The notes under the pieces were generated by a model, which saw only the letters and a list, made by a program, of their open reading frames with translations, searched no databases and was not told where the DNA came from. This document shows positions 55,838-64,000 of a stretch of 64,000 bases of DNA, piece by piece; position 1 is the stretch's first letter; each line of letters starts with the position of its first letter. Source of the stretch: Candidatus Rubrivivax defluviihabitans (GTDB lineage: Bacteria; Pseudomonadota; Gammaproteobacteria; Burkholderiales; Burkholderiaceae_C); contig JADJMW010000007.1 in NCBI GenBank assembly GCA_016709385.1, positions 67,744-131,743 of the forward strand, in the 5' to 3' direction. Made by a program: the position numbers and the translations under genes.

Positions 55838-57016
55838 TCATTTCGCGGTGTGGCCACCCAGGGTCTCGGCGACCCAGTCGGCGATGTAGTGGCCGGCGTT
55901 GATGCTGTTGTCGAAGCTGGCGTGCTGCACGCCGCCCTCACGCTCGGTGAAGACCTTCAGCTCGCGCTTGGGGCTGTGGATCAGCTGCTCGTAGGTGCGT
56001 TGCGCCCACTTCAGCGGGATCTGCGAGTCCTTCTCGCCGTGCGTCACCAGGAACGGGACGCGGATCTTCTCGACGACACCGTCCAGGTGCACGTTCTCGG
56101 CGATGCGCATGAAGTCTTCGATGTCCCTGGCGCCCCAGACCCAGCACACATGGGCCCAGTAGTGCGGCACCGGGAAGTCGCCCTCGCGCTCCAGGCGACG
56201 CTTCTGCACGTCGCGCCAGTCGTGGTTGGCGCCCCAGCAGGCGCCGGCGGCAAAACGCGGCTCGAAAGCCACCGCGCGCGGGCAGTAGTAGCCGCCCAGC
56301 GAGACGCCTTCCATGCCGATGCGCGCCGGGTCCACGTCGGCGCGCGTCTCCAGCCAGTCGACGACGCGGCTGGCCCAGTGTTCGCTGTCGAAACGGGCGG
56401 TCATGCCGTGCAGGCGCAGCGCCTCGCCGGTGCCGGGCTGGTCGACGACCAGCGACGACACGCCGCGCCGCGCCAGCCAGGCCGGCAGGCCGACCAGGTG
56501 TTTCATTTCCTTGGTCGAGTCCAGGCCGTTCACCTGCACCAGCAGCGGTGCGCGCTGCCCGCTCTGCAGGCCTTCGGCCGGCAGGTACAAGGCCGAGAGA
56601 TGCTGGCCTTCGTAGGGAATCTCCACCCGCTGCACGGCGTCGCCCAGCAGGCGTGACCCTTCCAGGAACAGCGCCAGTTCACGTTCATACAGCGCGCGCC
56701 GGCCGGGGCTGTCGTGCGCCTGCAGGCGCTCGGCGGTGATCAGGTAGCTGCTGGCGCGGCGCAGCTTCTCGCCGGCGGAAAGGCCACGGCCGCGCGCCTG
56801 GTCTTCTTCGGCCAGCGCACACAACTGGTCGGCCATGCGGACCCAGGTCTCGCGAAAGGCCCGCGTGCCGGCGGCATCGGGCGCCTTGGCAGCGTCCTGC
56901 AGCGGCGCGCACATGGCCTCGATCTCGCCGATGCGTGCGCCCATCTCGATCGCCAGGTCGACCGAGAGGTTCCAGACGTAGTTGGTGGGGAAATATCTGA
57001 ACATGGTGGAGTGCAA
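55838..57016 (-). CDS. alpha/beta hydrolase of the FrsA / 2,6-dihydroxypseudooxynicotine-hydrolase type
   Basis: The N-terminal helical cap has ARGRGLSAGEKLRRASSYLITAERLQ, and the nucleophile elbow is GVSLGGYY. The start may be the Met at 57004. Confidence 0.8.
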   Translation of the reverse strand: MHSTMFRYFPTNYVWNLSVDLAIEMGARIGEIEAMCAPLQDAAKAPDAAGTRAFRETWVRMADQLCALAEEDQARGRGLSAGEKLRRASSYLITAERLQAHDSPGRRALYERELALFLEGSRLLGDAVQRVEIPYEGQHLSALYLPAEGLQSGQRAPLLVQVNGLDSTKEMKHLVGLPAWLARRGVSSLVVDQPGTGEALRLHGMTARFDSEHWASRVVDWLETRADVDPARIGMEGVSLGGYYCPRAVAFEPRFAAGACWGANHDWRDVQKRRLEREGDFPVPHYWAHVCWVWGARDIEDFMRIAENVHLDGVVEKIRVPFLVTHGEKDSQIPLKWAQRTYEQLIHSPKRELKVFTEREGGVQHASFDNSINAGHYIADWVAETLGGHTAK

Positions 57017-57017
57017 T

Positions 57018-58046
57018 TCACTGTGGGGCGGCGGCTGCCGCCAGGTTCATCAGCCGCGTGAAGACGCGGTCGAAGGACTGTTCCGCTTCGATGTCGAAAC
57101 GGGGATCGGCGTGACTCTCGAAGGCGCTGGCCACGTCGGCCCAGTCCTGCGGCAGCAGGTGGCGGCTGGCCAGCGGCAGCAGCAGCTTCTCCTCGGTGGC
57201 CATGTGCCGCCATTGCGACTCGGTGAAGGTCTGCAGCGCCTGTTCGAAGGCTTCACGGCCCCGGGCTTCACCCGCTTCGTAGGCCTCGAGCGCCCGACGC
57301 AGTTCGGCGAAAGCCTGCGTCCCGCCGCGGTGCTCGGCCTCCAGGCCTTCGATGACCGCGACGCTGTCGGGCGCGCGTTGTCGCAGCCAGCGGAACAGCG
57401 TCTGCTCTTCCTTCGGGTGATGCAGCCGCTCCGGGTAGGCCTGGATATAGAACAGCGCGGCGCGCATCAGCTTCGCATCGGCCGGCGTGCGCCCGGGGCT
57501 GTCGTGAAGCGCCTGCTGCACGGCACGCAGCACCGCCGCCAGCGAGCGGTGCTCGTCGCGTATGGCTCGCAGCGCACGCTGCTCGTCGCCTTGATCGGCC
57601 TGGCTCTCGACGCTGCACACCAGCACCGGCAGCGCCGAGCGTTCGATCACCCGCGCCGTGACCGACCCCGCCAGGCGGCCGCGCCAGCCGCGGCGGCCAT
57701 GGCTGGCCATGAAGACCAGGTCGCAGCCCTGGCCTGACGCGGCTTCGACGATGGCCTCGTGCGGCCGGTCGCTGACCACGATCAGCGTCTCGCAGGCCAC
57801 CTGGGCCGCAGCCGCCGCCGCGGCGGCGCGCGCCAACCAGGCGCGCGCATTGCCGGCCGCGGCGTCGGCGAAGGCCGCCGGTGCCATGGCCTGCAGCAGC
57901 GAGCCGTCGCCGGTTGCGCCGTAGTCGGCCTGGGCGTGGAAAAAGGTGATGCGCGCCGCGGCGTCGCGCGCAAATTCCACCGCCTGCTCGACCAGGGGCG
58001 TGGTCAGCGGCGTGCCGTCGATCGGGACCAGCAGGTGCTTGTACAT
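57018..58046 (-). CDS. universal stress protein (UspA) domain fused to a hemerythrin-like (HHE) domain
   Basis: The N-terminus is MYKHLLVPIDGTPLTTPLVEQAVEFA...VFMASHGRRG...GSVTARVIERSALPVLV. The C-terminal half has IRDEHRSL, HHPKEE (HxxxE), EAEHRG and RHMATEE (HxxxE). Confidence 0.8.
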   Translation of the reverse strand: MYKHLLVPIDGTPLTTPLVEQAVEFARDAAARITFFHAQADYGATGDGSLLQAMAPAAFADAAAGNARAWLARAAAAAAAAQVACETLIVVSDRPHEAIVEAASGQGCDLVFMASHGRRGWRGRLAGSVTARVIERSALPVLVCSVESQADQGDEQRALRAIRDEHRSLAAVLRAVQQALHDSPGRTPADAKLMRAALFYIQAYPERLHHPKEEQTLFRWLRQRAPDSVAVIEGLEAEHRGGTQAFAELRRALEAYEAGEARGREAFEQALQTFTESQWRHMATEEKLLLPLASRHLLPQDWADVASAFESHADPRFDIEAEQSFDRVFTRLMNLAAAAAPQ

Positions 58047-58059
58047 CGTCGGGTCCTTC

Positions 58060-60483
58060 TCAGGCGCGGGTGGCCACGGCGCCGAAGGCTTCGGCCTCGA
58101 CGCGGCTGACGGGGGCCGGCTTCAGCAGGAAGTGCGCCAGCGCCGGCAGCAGCACCAGCGCGCCGAGCATGTTCCACAGGAACATGAAGGCCAGCAGCAG
58201 CCCCATGTCGGCCTGGAACTTGATCGGGCTGGCGACCCAGGTGACGACGCCGATGCCCAGCGTCACGCCGGTCAGCATCACCACCTTGCCGGTGAAGAGC
58301 AGCGCGCGGTAATAGGCTTCCGACAGGCTGCTGCCGGCGCGCAGCTGCGCCAGCGTCACCGACAGGATGTACAGCGCATAGTCCACGCCGATGCCCACGC
58401 CCAGCGCGATGACCGGCAGCGTGGCCACCTTCACGCCCATGCCCAGGCCGACCATCAGCGCCTCGGCCAGGATCGAGGTCAGCACCAGCGGCAGCACCGC
58501 CACCACCACCGCGCGCCAGGAGCGGAAGGTGACGAAGCACAGCAGCACGACGGCGGCGTAGACCATCACGAGCATGGTCCGCCAGGCGTCCTTGACGACG
58601 ATATTGGTCGCCGCCTCGATGCCGGCCGATCCGGCGGCGAGCAGGAACTTTGCGTCGGCGCTGTCGTTGACCCTGGCGAAGGCCTCGATGTGGTCGACCA
58701 CGCGCGTCAGCGTGTCGGCCTTGTGGTCGCGCAGGTAGACGTAGACCGTGAGCAGGCTGCAGGCGTCGTTGTAGAGCCCGCGCGGCGCGCCGGCGGTCAC
58801 GGTATTGAGCATGTCCTGGTTGGGCAGGAACTCGTACCAGCGCGGGTTGCCCTCGTTCAGGCCCGCGAGCACGCGGCGGTTTAGCAGCGCCAGCGTGTGG
58901 GTCGTCTCCACGCCGTCGATCTGGCGCAGCTCCCACTCCAGCGCGTCGACCTTGTTCAGCGTCTCGTACCTGGAGCACGCGCCGTCGGGCGTCTTCACCA
59001 TCACCGCCAGCACGTCGCTGCTGGCGCCGTAGGCGGCATTCATGAAGGCCACGTCGCGGTTGTAGCGGCTGTCGGCGCGCAGCTCGGGGGCGCCGGGGTC
59101 GAGGTCGCCGATCTTCAGCTGCGTGCTCGCCGCGAATCCGCCGACGCCCATGACGGCCGCTGCGACGACCGCGATGCTGGCCCAGCGGCGCTGCGTGAAG
59201 CGGTCGAGGAAGGCCCACAGCGCATGTTTGTCCGCGCCCGCAGCGTCGGCCTGCTCGGCACCCAGGCTGCGCTCGGCGGCACGCGCGCTGACGCCGGTGT
59301 AGCTGAGCAGGATGGGCAGCAGGATCAGGTTGGTGAAGATCAGCACCGCGACGCCGATCGACGCCGCGATGGCCAGTTCGCGGATGACCTGGATGTCGAT
59401 GACGAGCAGCACCGCGAAGCCCACCGCGTCGGCCAGCAGCGCGGTCAGCCCGGCCAGGAACAGGCGGCGGAAGGTGAAGCGCGCAGCCACCAGCTTGTGC
59501 GTGCCGCGGCCCACGTCCTGCATGATGCCGTTCATCTTCTGCGCGCCATGGCTCATGCCGATGGCAAAGACGAGAAAGGGCACCAGGATCGAATACGGGT
59601 CGAGCGCAAAGCCCAGCGTGGGCAACAGCCCGAGCTGCCAGACCACGGCCACCAGCGAGGCCAGCACCACCAGCGCGGTGGAGCGCAGGCAGCGCGTGTA
59701 CCAGAACAGCATCGCGGTGGCGATGGCCACGGCCAGCGCGAAGAACACCAGCACCGCGCGAACGCCGTCGATCAGGTCGCCGACGATCTTGGCGAAGCCG
59801 GTGATGTGCAGCTGCACGCCTTCGGCTTCGTATTTGGTGCGCAGCGCCTCGAGCCGCTGCGACAGCTGCGCATAGTCGAGCGCTCGGCCTTCGGCGTCCT
59901 TGGCCAGCAAGGGCAGGAAGATCACCGTCGAACGCGCGTCGCGCGCCACCAGCTGGCCGATCTCGCCGGAGCGGGCGATATTCGCCGCCAGGCGCTGCAG
60001 GCTGGCCGGCGAGCCGTCGTAGCCGTCGGGGATGACCGGGCCGCCTTCCAGGCCTTCCTCGGTGACCCCGACCCAGCGTGTCGCCGGCGTCCACAGCGAC
60101 TTCATGCGCCCGCGGTCGACGCCCGGCAGCAGGAAAACCTCGTCCGAGAGGCGCCGCAGCGTGTCGAGGTACTTGGCGTCGTAGAGGCTGCCTTCGGGCC
60201 GCGCCACCGCGATGCGCACCACATTGCCCAGGCCGCTCAGCTCGCTCTGGTGGGCCAGGAAGTTGGCGATGTAGGGGTGGCCGGTGGGAATGGTCTTCTC
60301 GAAACTGGCGTTGAGCTGCAGCCGCGTCGCCTGCCAGCCCAGCAGCAGCGTCACCACCGCGCACAGCACGATCACCAGCAGGCGGTGGTTGAAGAGTGCA
60401 CGTTCGATCAGCGATCCCGAGCGCGGGTCGAATTGCTCCAGCGAGACGCCCTGCATCGGCGTGGCGAGGGTCGGTGCGCTCAC
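58060..60483 (-). CDS. RND-superfamily/MMPL-type inner-membrane transporter
   Basis: 807 aa with two 6-TM bundles, each preceded by a large soluble loop. It resembles remembered COG1033-type exporters. Confidence 0.85.
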   Translation of the reverse strand: MSAPTLATPMQGVSLEQFDPRSGSLIERALFNHRLLVIVLCAVVTLLLGWQATRLQLNASFEKTIPTGHPYIANFLAHQSELSGLGNVVRIAVARPEGSLYDAKYLDTLRRLSDEVFLLPGVDRGRMKSLWTPATRWVGVTEEGLEGGPVIPDGYDGSPASLQRLAANIARSGEIGQLVARDARSTVIFLPLLAKDAEGRALDYAQLSQRLEALRTKYEAEGVQLHITGFAKIVGDLIDGVRAVLVFFALAVAIATAMLFWYTRCLRSTALVVLASLVAVVWQLGLLPTLGFALDPYSILVPFLVFAIGMSHGAQKMNGIMQDVGRGTHKLVAARFTFRRLFLAGLTALLADAVGFAVLLVIDIQVIRELAIAASIGVAVLIFTNLILLPILLSYTGVSARAAERSLGAEQADAAGADKHALWAFLDRFTQRRWASIAVVAAAVMGVGGFAASTQLKIGDLDPGAPELRADSRYNRDVAFMNAAYGASSDVLAVMVKTPDGACSRYETLNKVDALEWELRQIDGVETTHTLALLNRRVLAGLNEGNPRWYEFLPNQDMLNTVTAGAPRGLYNDACSLLTVYVYLRDHKADTLTRVVDHIEAFARVNDSADAKFLLAAGSAGIEAATNIVVKDAWRTMLVMVYAAVVLLCFVTFRSWRAVVVAVLPLVLTSILAEALMVGLGMGVKVATLPVIALGVGIGVDYALYILSVTLAQLRAGSSLSEAYYRALLFTGKVVMLTGVTLGIGVVTWVASPIKFQADMGLLLAFMFLWNMLGALVLLPALAHFLLKPAPVSRVEAEAFGAVATRA

Positions 60484-61529
60484 CGTGTGGTCTCCGACTT
60501 CGCCGCCGCGGTGGCCAGCGGCAGCGCGCCGGCAATGCCGAAGCTGAGCACGGCGCCGTCGGGCCCCGCCAGCAGCGCCGCGGGCATGGGCAGGGGCGCA
60601 GCGGCATTGAGCGGAACGAGCGTGTCACCCTGCAGGCGCAGCACCACGCCGGCCTGCGTGGCGAGCAGCGGGCGGCCGTCGGCCGGCACCGCGATGGCGT
60701 TCACCGACGCCGGCACCGGCGAATTGATCTGCGCCCACTGCATGCCGCCGTCCGCCGAACGCCAGACATTGCCGCGCAGCCCGGCCAGCAGCATGGCGCC
60801 GTCGGCCAGCAGCTCACCGGCAAACCAGCTGCCCTTGTAGGGCGAGGCGAGCGGCCTGAAACTGGCCCCGCTGTCGTCGGACCGCGCCAGCAGCCCTTCT
60901 TCGCCGGCCAGCAGCAGCGTTTCGCCGGCACGGCGTGCCACGTACCAGTGCAGCGCCTTCGGATTCGGCAGCCGTGCCATCCAGGGCGTCCAGGTCGCGC
61001 CGGCGTCGTCGGTGCGGAAGGCCAGGCCGTAGGCACCGACGACCAGCCAACGCTGCGCGTCCCAGATCAGCACGTCCAGGAAAGGCTTGTCGGGGCCGTC
61101 GGCCACCAGGCGCTCGGCCTCGCGCTGTTCGTCGGCCGTGCGTGCCGCGGCCGCGGCCATCTGGGCGGCGCGGCGGCCGTCGAGCCGCAGCGTCCAGCGG
61201 GCACCGCCGTCGGTGCTGCTCAGCACGGTGCCGCCGTGACCGACCGCGACGCCGTTCTTCGCATCGGCAAAACGCACCATGGTCAGCGTGACGCTGACCG
61301 GGCTCGGCGCCTGGCGCCAGTGCGCGCCGCGGTCGTCGCTGAGCGCAATCACGCCGCGTTCGCCAACGGCCACGATGCGTTCGCCGGCCTGCGCCGCAGC
61401 CAGCAGCACGGCACGGCCGGGCTCGCGCACGGCCAGAGCCGGGCGCTGCAGCGCCTCGGTCACCGGCGCGGCATGGCAGGCCAGGCACGCGGCCAGGCCG
61501 AACAGGATGACGAAGGGTCGCGGCATCAC
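60480..61529 (-). CDS. Ycf48/BNR-repeat beta-propeller-like periplasmic protein
   Basis: It has a signal peptide (MMPRPFVILFGLAACLACHA) and repeated S/TxDxGxxW blocks (SDDRGAHW, STDGGARW, TDDAGATW, SDDSGASF, SADGGMQW). It overlaps the RND start by 4 bp. Confidence 0.8.
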   Translation of the reverse strand: MMPRPFVILFGLAACLACHAAPVTEALQRPALAVREPGRAVLLAAAQAGERIVAVGERGVIALSDDRGAHWRQAPSPVSVTLTMVRFADAKNGVAVGHGGTVLSSTDGGARWTLRLDGRRAAQMAAAAARTADEQREAERLVADGPDKPFLDVLIWDAQRWLVVGAYGLAFRTDDAGATWTPWMARLPNPKALHWYVARRAGETLLLAGEEGLLARSDDSGASFRPLASPYKGSWFAGELLADGAMLLAGLRGNVWRSADGGMQWAQINSPVPASVNAIAVPADGRPLLATQAGVVLRLQGDTLVPLNAAAPLPMPAALLAGPDGAVLSFGIAGALPLATAAAKSETTR

Positions 61530-61533
61530 GGCC

Positions 61534-62886
61534 TCAGCGCACGCCTTGCGCGGCCAGCCCGTCGCCGGTGAAGGTCTCGGTCGGCCAGCGCTTGCTGGGG
61601 CGGTGGTGGAAGGACTTGTCGTTGAGCACGTTGGCCACGTAGGCCTGGCCCGACAGCAGGTCGTAGAAGCCGAAGGTCTGCTGCACCGTGCCGGGGAAGT
61701 CGGGCATCACGTAGTTGAAGACCCACAGCGTCTTCCAGAGCTGGCCGTTGGCGTCCCAGCGGTCGCCGAGAACGGCCAGCCAGGTGTCCTCGTCCAGGTA
61801 ATAGATGCTCTTCGGTGCCTGGTGGCGCTGGCCGGCGGCCAGGCTGGCCTCGACCACCCACACGCGGTGCAGCTCCCAGCGCACGTGGTCGGGGTTGAGG
61901 TGCTGGCCCTTGATGATCTCGGCGTCGCGGGCCTGCAGGAAGCGGTTCTGGTTGTAGGGCACGAGCAGTTCCTTCTTGCCCACCAGCTTCCAGTCGAAGC
62001 GGTCGGTGCGGCCCGAGAAGACGCTCAGTTCGTCGAAGGACATCAGCCCGGCCGTGGCCGGCGTCGGCGTGTCGCAGCAGGCGTTGGGCAGCTTGCGCAC
62101 GCGGCGCTGGCCGGTCAGGTAGACATAGGACTGCGACTTTTCCTCGTCGACATGCTGGCGGCCGACGATCATCTCGCCGGCACGGATGGGCGGCCCGACA
62201 TTCAGCAGGTTGACCTCCCAGTGCACGCCCTCGAAGCTGTCGACCGAGCCGTCGTCGAAGTAATACGGCATGCGCTGGCGGATGCGGCCGTCGGTGGTGA
62301 GCACCACCTGGCCGTTGGCGGTGATCTGGTACTGGTTGAAGTCGGCTTCCCAGGCCGAGCCGCGCCAGGACAGCTTGTGGTTCCAGATCGCCTCGAGACC
62401 GCTCTTCGGCATCGGGAATGGAATGCCGCCATAGGCGCCGACCAGCTTGTGGCCGTCGAGCTTGGCGCGCAGCGCATTCTTCGCCGTGTTGTCGTACACC
62501 CACTGCGGCGCCACGGCGGTGCGGCGCGTCGGGTAGACGTCGAGCCGGAAGCTTTCCGGGTATTTCTTCAACAGTGCCTTGACGCCGTCGCTGAGCTTGC
62601 CGGCGTGCTGGTCCACGTTCTTCGCCGTCACCGAATACAGCGGCTTGTCGTCCTTGAACGGGTCGCCGCGCCGTCCACCCGGCTTGTCGCCGGGGATCGG
62701 CGTGCTGTAGCCGCCGGTCCAGGCGGGGATGCTGCCGTCCTTGTTGCCGGCCTTCTCGGCGCCGAAGGGCGTGAGTTCGGTCTTCAGCCTGGCGGCCTCT
62801 TCGGGCGTGACGGCGGCGTGTGCCGCAGCCATGCCGAGCAGCGCAGCCAGCCAGGCCGCGGCGGTGCGATGGAGTCTCGGATGCAT
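61534..62886 (-). CDS. DUF1329-family periplasmic protein
   Basis: The internal ATG (62886) gives MHPRLHRTAAAWLAALLGMAAAHAAVTPEEAARLKTELTPFGAEKAGNKDGSIPAWTGGY..., the remembered DUF1329 N-terminal signature. Confidence 0.85.
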   Translation of the reverse strand: MHPRLHRTAAAWLAALLGMAAAHAAVTPEEAARLKTELTPFGAEKAGNKDGSIPAWTGGYSTPIPGDKPGGRRGDPFKDDKPLYSVTAKNVDQHAGKLSDGVKALLKKYPESFRLDVYPTRRTAVAPQWVYDNTAKNALRAKLDGHKLVGAYGGIPFPMPKSGLEAIWNHKLSWRGSAWEADFNQYQITANGQVVLTTDGRIRQRMPYYFDDGSVDSFEGVHWEVNLLNVGPPIRAGEMIVGRQHVDEEKSQSYVYLTGQRRVRKLPNACCDTPTPATAGLMSFDELSVFSGRTDRFDWKLVGKKELLVPYNQNRFLQARDAEIIKGQHLNPDHVRWELHRVWVVEASLAAGQRHQAPKSIYYLDEDTWLAVLGDRWDANGQLWKTLWVFNYVMPDFPGTVQQTFGFYDLLSGQAYVANVLNDKSFHHRPSKRWPTETFTGDGLAAQGVR

Positions 62887-62903
62887 GCTTCTTGTCTCCT
62901 GGA

Positions 62904-64000
62904 TCAGAAGGTGGTGCGCAGCGACAGCGTCAGGGTGTCGCGGTCCTTGAGCGCCTGCTTGAACTGCGCGTTGCTGGCGTTGTCCAGCGTCGGTCCCTCG
63001 TCGCCGAGGTAGGTCACGTAGTTCAGCGTGGCGACCCAGCGGCCGAGGTACAGCGCCGACAGGCCGACGTTGACGTCGCCGCCCTTGTCGACGCCGAAGG
63101 CCGGCCCCACCGCCGACGACTTGCCCCAGGCGTAGCCCAGCCCGACGCTGGGCGTGAGGTCCAGCCCCGGCAGCGCCTGGCGGTAGCTGGGCGCATAGAC
63201 CATGCGCAACGCCGTTGCCGACTTGTCGGCGTTCGGGTTCAGCATCTTTTCGTTGGCCGTGACCTTGACGCGGGTATTCCAGGCGATCTCGCCGATGAAG
63301 CTGGCCTCGCGCGAGAGGAAGCTCGGCCCCAGGCTGGCCAGCCACGAGAACTGCGCATGCGCCGTCTCGCCGACCGCGTAGCCTGGGTTGTCGTTGTTGT
63401 CGAAGGCGACGCCGACCCCGATGGCCGGAATGATGGCCTGGCCGGAACTGGCCAGCGGTGTGTCCCAGCGGTACGAAACTTCGCCAGCCAGGCTCCACTC
63501 GTCGATACTCTTCGCGAAGCTGGCGCCGAACGCGGTGATGCCCTCGTGGTAGACCCAGCGGTAACTGTCGGCCTTCAATGCCGGCGGAAAGCCCGACAAG
63601 GTCGTCCAGTTGTTGCTGGGGCCGGTGGCGTGGTAGCGGATGGCGTAGAAGCCGATGTCGGTTTCGATGGCGGCCACGTTCCAGCGCAGTTGCACGCCGC
63701 CCTGCCCCGTGTCCTTGGCTTCCAGATCGGGCTGGCGCAGGAAGGTGCCGGTCGGGCCGGCATTGATGCGCTCGGCGCCCGGGCCCAAGGCGTCGCTGCT
63801 CGACAGGTAGGCGCCAGACGGCATCAGCCGGGTCTTCTCCCACTCGTAGCCGATATAGGCGCCCAGCGTCACCGCGTCGCTGAGCTGCAGCGTGCCCGAG
63901 AGCTTGCCGATCGGGCGCGCCACCTCCTTGAATTGCGCATTGGGCACCGACAACAGCTTCACCAGGTCCAGCGGTGCCTGGCCGCCGGCGATGCCGTTGC
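62904..64000 (-). CDS. DUF1302-family outer-membrane protein, 3' part (5' end off-window)
   Basis: The reading frame stays open to the window edge. The sequence has alternating beta-strand character and a C-terminal ...LTLSLRTTF, typical of OM beta-barrels. Confidence 0.8.
   Translation of the reverse strand, partial: NGIAGGQAPLDLVKLLSVPNAQFKEVARPIGKLSGTLQLSDAVTLGAYIGYEWEKTRLMPSGAYLSSSDALGPGAERINAGPTGTFLRQPDLEAKDTGQGGVQLRWNVAAIETDIGFYAIRYHATGPSNNWTTLSGFPPALKADSYRWVYHEGITAFGASFAKSIDEWSLAGEVSYRWDTPLASSGQAIIPAIGVGVAFDNNDNPGYAVGETAHAQFSWLASLGPSFLSREASFIGEIAWNTRVKVTANEKMLNPNADKSATALRMVYAPSYRQALPGLDLTPSVGLGYAWGKSSAVGPAFGVDKGGDVNVGLSALYLGRWVATLNYVTYLGDEGPTLDNASNAQFKQALKDRDTLTLSLRTTF

Overview
Very GC-rich proteobacterial chromosomal segment. 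Gene content suggests a Burkholderiales-type betaproteobacterium; this is an inference and nothing was computed. About 60 genes are supported, in long co-directional blocks.

**Gene blocks**
- 1-2.3 kb: small stress-type genes (DUF1428, PhnB-like VOC, SRPBCC, ArsR, YciI). Two of them carry internal deletions.
- 2.5-4.1 kb: a decayed mutS 5' end, a noncoding stretch with a 36-bp perfect palindrome, and a TumE/DUF6516-like plus wHTH pair.
- 4.1-16.8 kb (+): intact mutS, then an orphan Anbu-type proteasome homolog and an alpha/beta hydrolase. These are followed by the classical menaquinone cluster menF-D-H-B-[unknown K/P-rich gene]-C-E, which ends in a REP-like inverted pair.
- 16.9-24.6 kb: two N-acyl-amino-acid deacylase-like genes, divergent from a five-gene peptide-type ABC importer.
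- 24.6-29.2 kb: an accessory-looking patch. It holds an integron-integrase 3' remnant broken by an 11-bp tandem duplication, decayed higB with intact higA, a periplasmic two-subunit flavocytochrome c, and a LysR regulator.
- 29.3-43.1 kb: hpaR plus a homoprotocatechuate meta-cleavage operon. The operon begins with a TRAP transporter, contains an exported lipoprotein carboxylesterase, and has a frameshifted hpaF.
- 43.1-43.8 kb: gene debris (a tyrosine-recombinase fragment butted against a MetE-like remnant).
- 43.8-46.7 kb: vanA-vanR-vanB.
- 46.9-64.0 kb (-): a 17-kb co-directional run. In order of transcription:
  - DUF1302/DUF1329/Ycf48-like/RND envelope genes
  - a Usp-hemerythrin fusion
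  - an orphan aromatic or N-heterocycle-type catabolic operon
  - an arylsulfatase
  - cupin, FAH and epimerase genes

No rRNA, tRNA, CRISPR array or intact mobile element was seen.

**Best candidates for poorly described biology**
- the four-gene DUF1302 envelope system with the adjacent Usp-hemerythrin
- the mutS replacement footprint with its TA-like pair and palindrome
- the orphan Anbu gene coupled to mutS
- the island-borne flavocytochrome c
- the esterase-plus-TRAP variant of the hpa operon

All family calls come from reading the translated ORFs against remembered family patterns. No database search was run.
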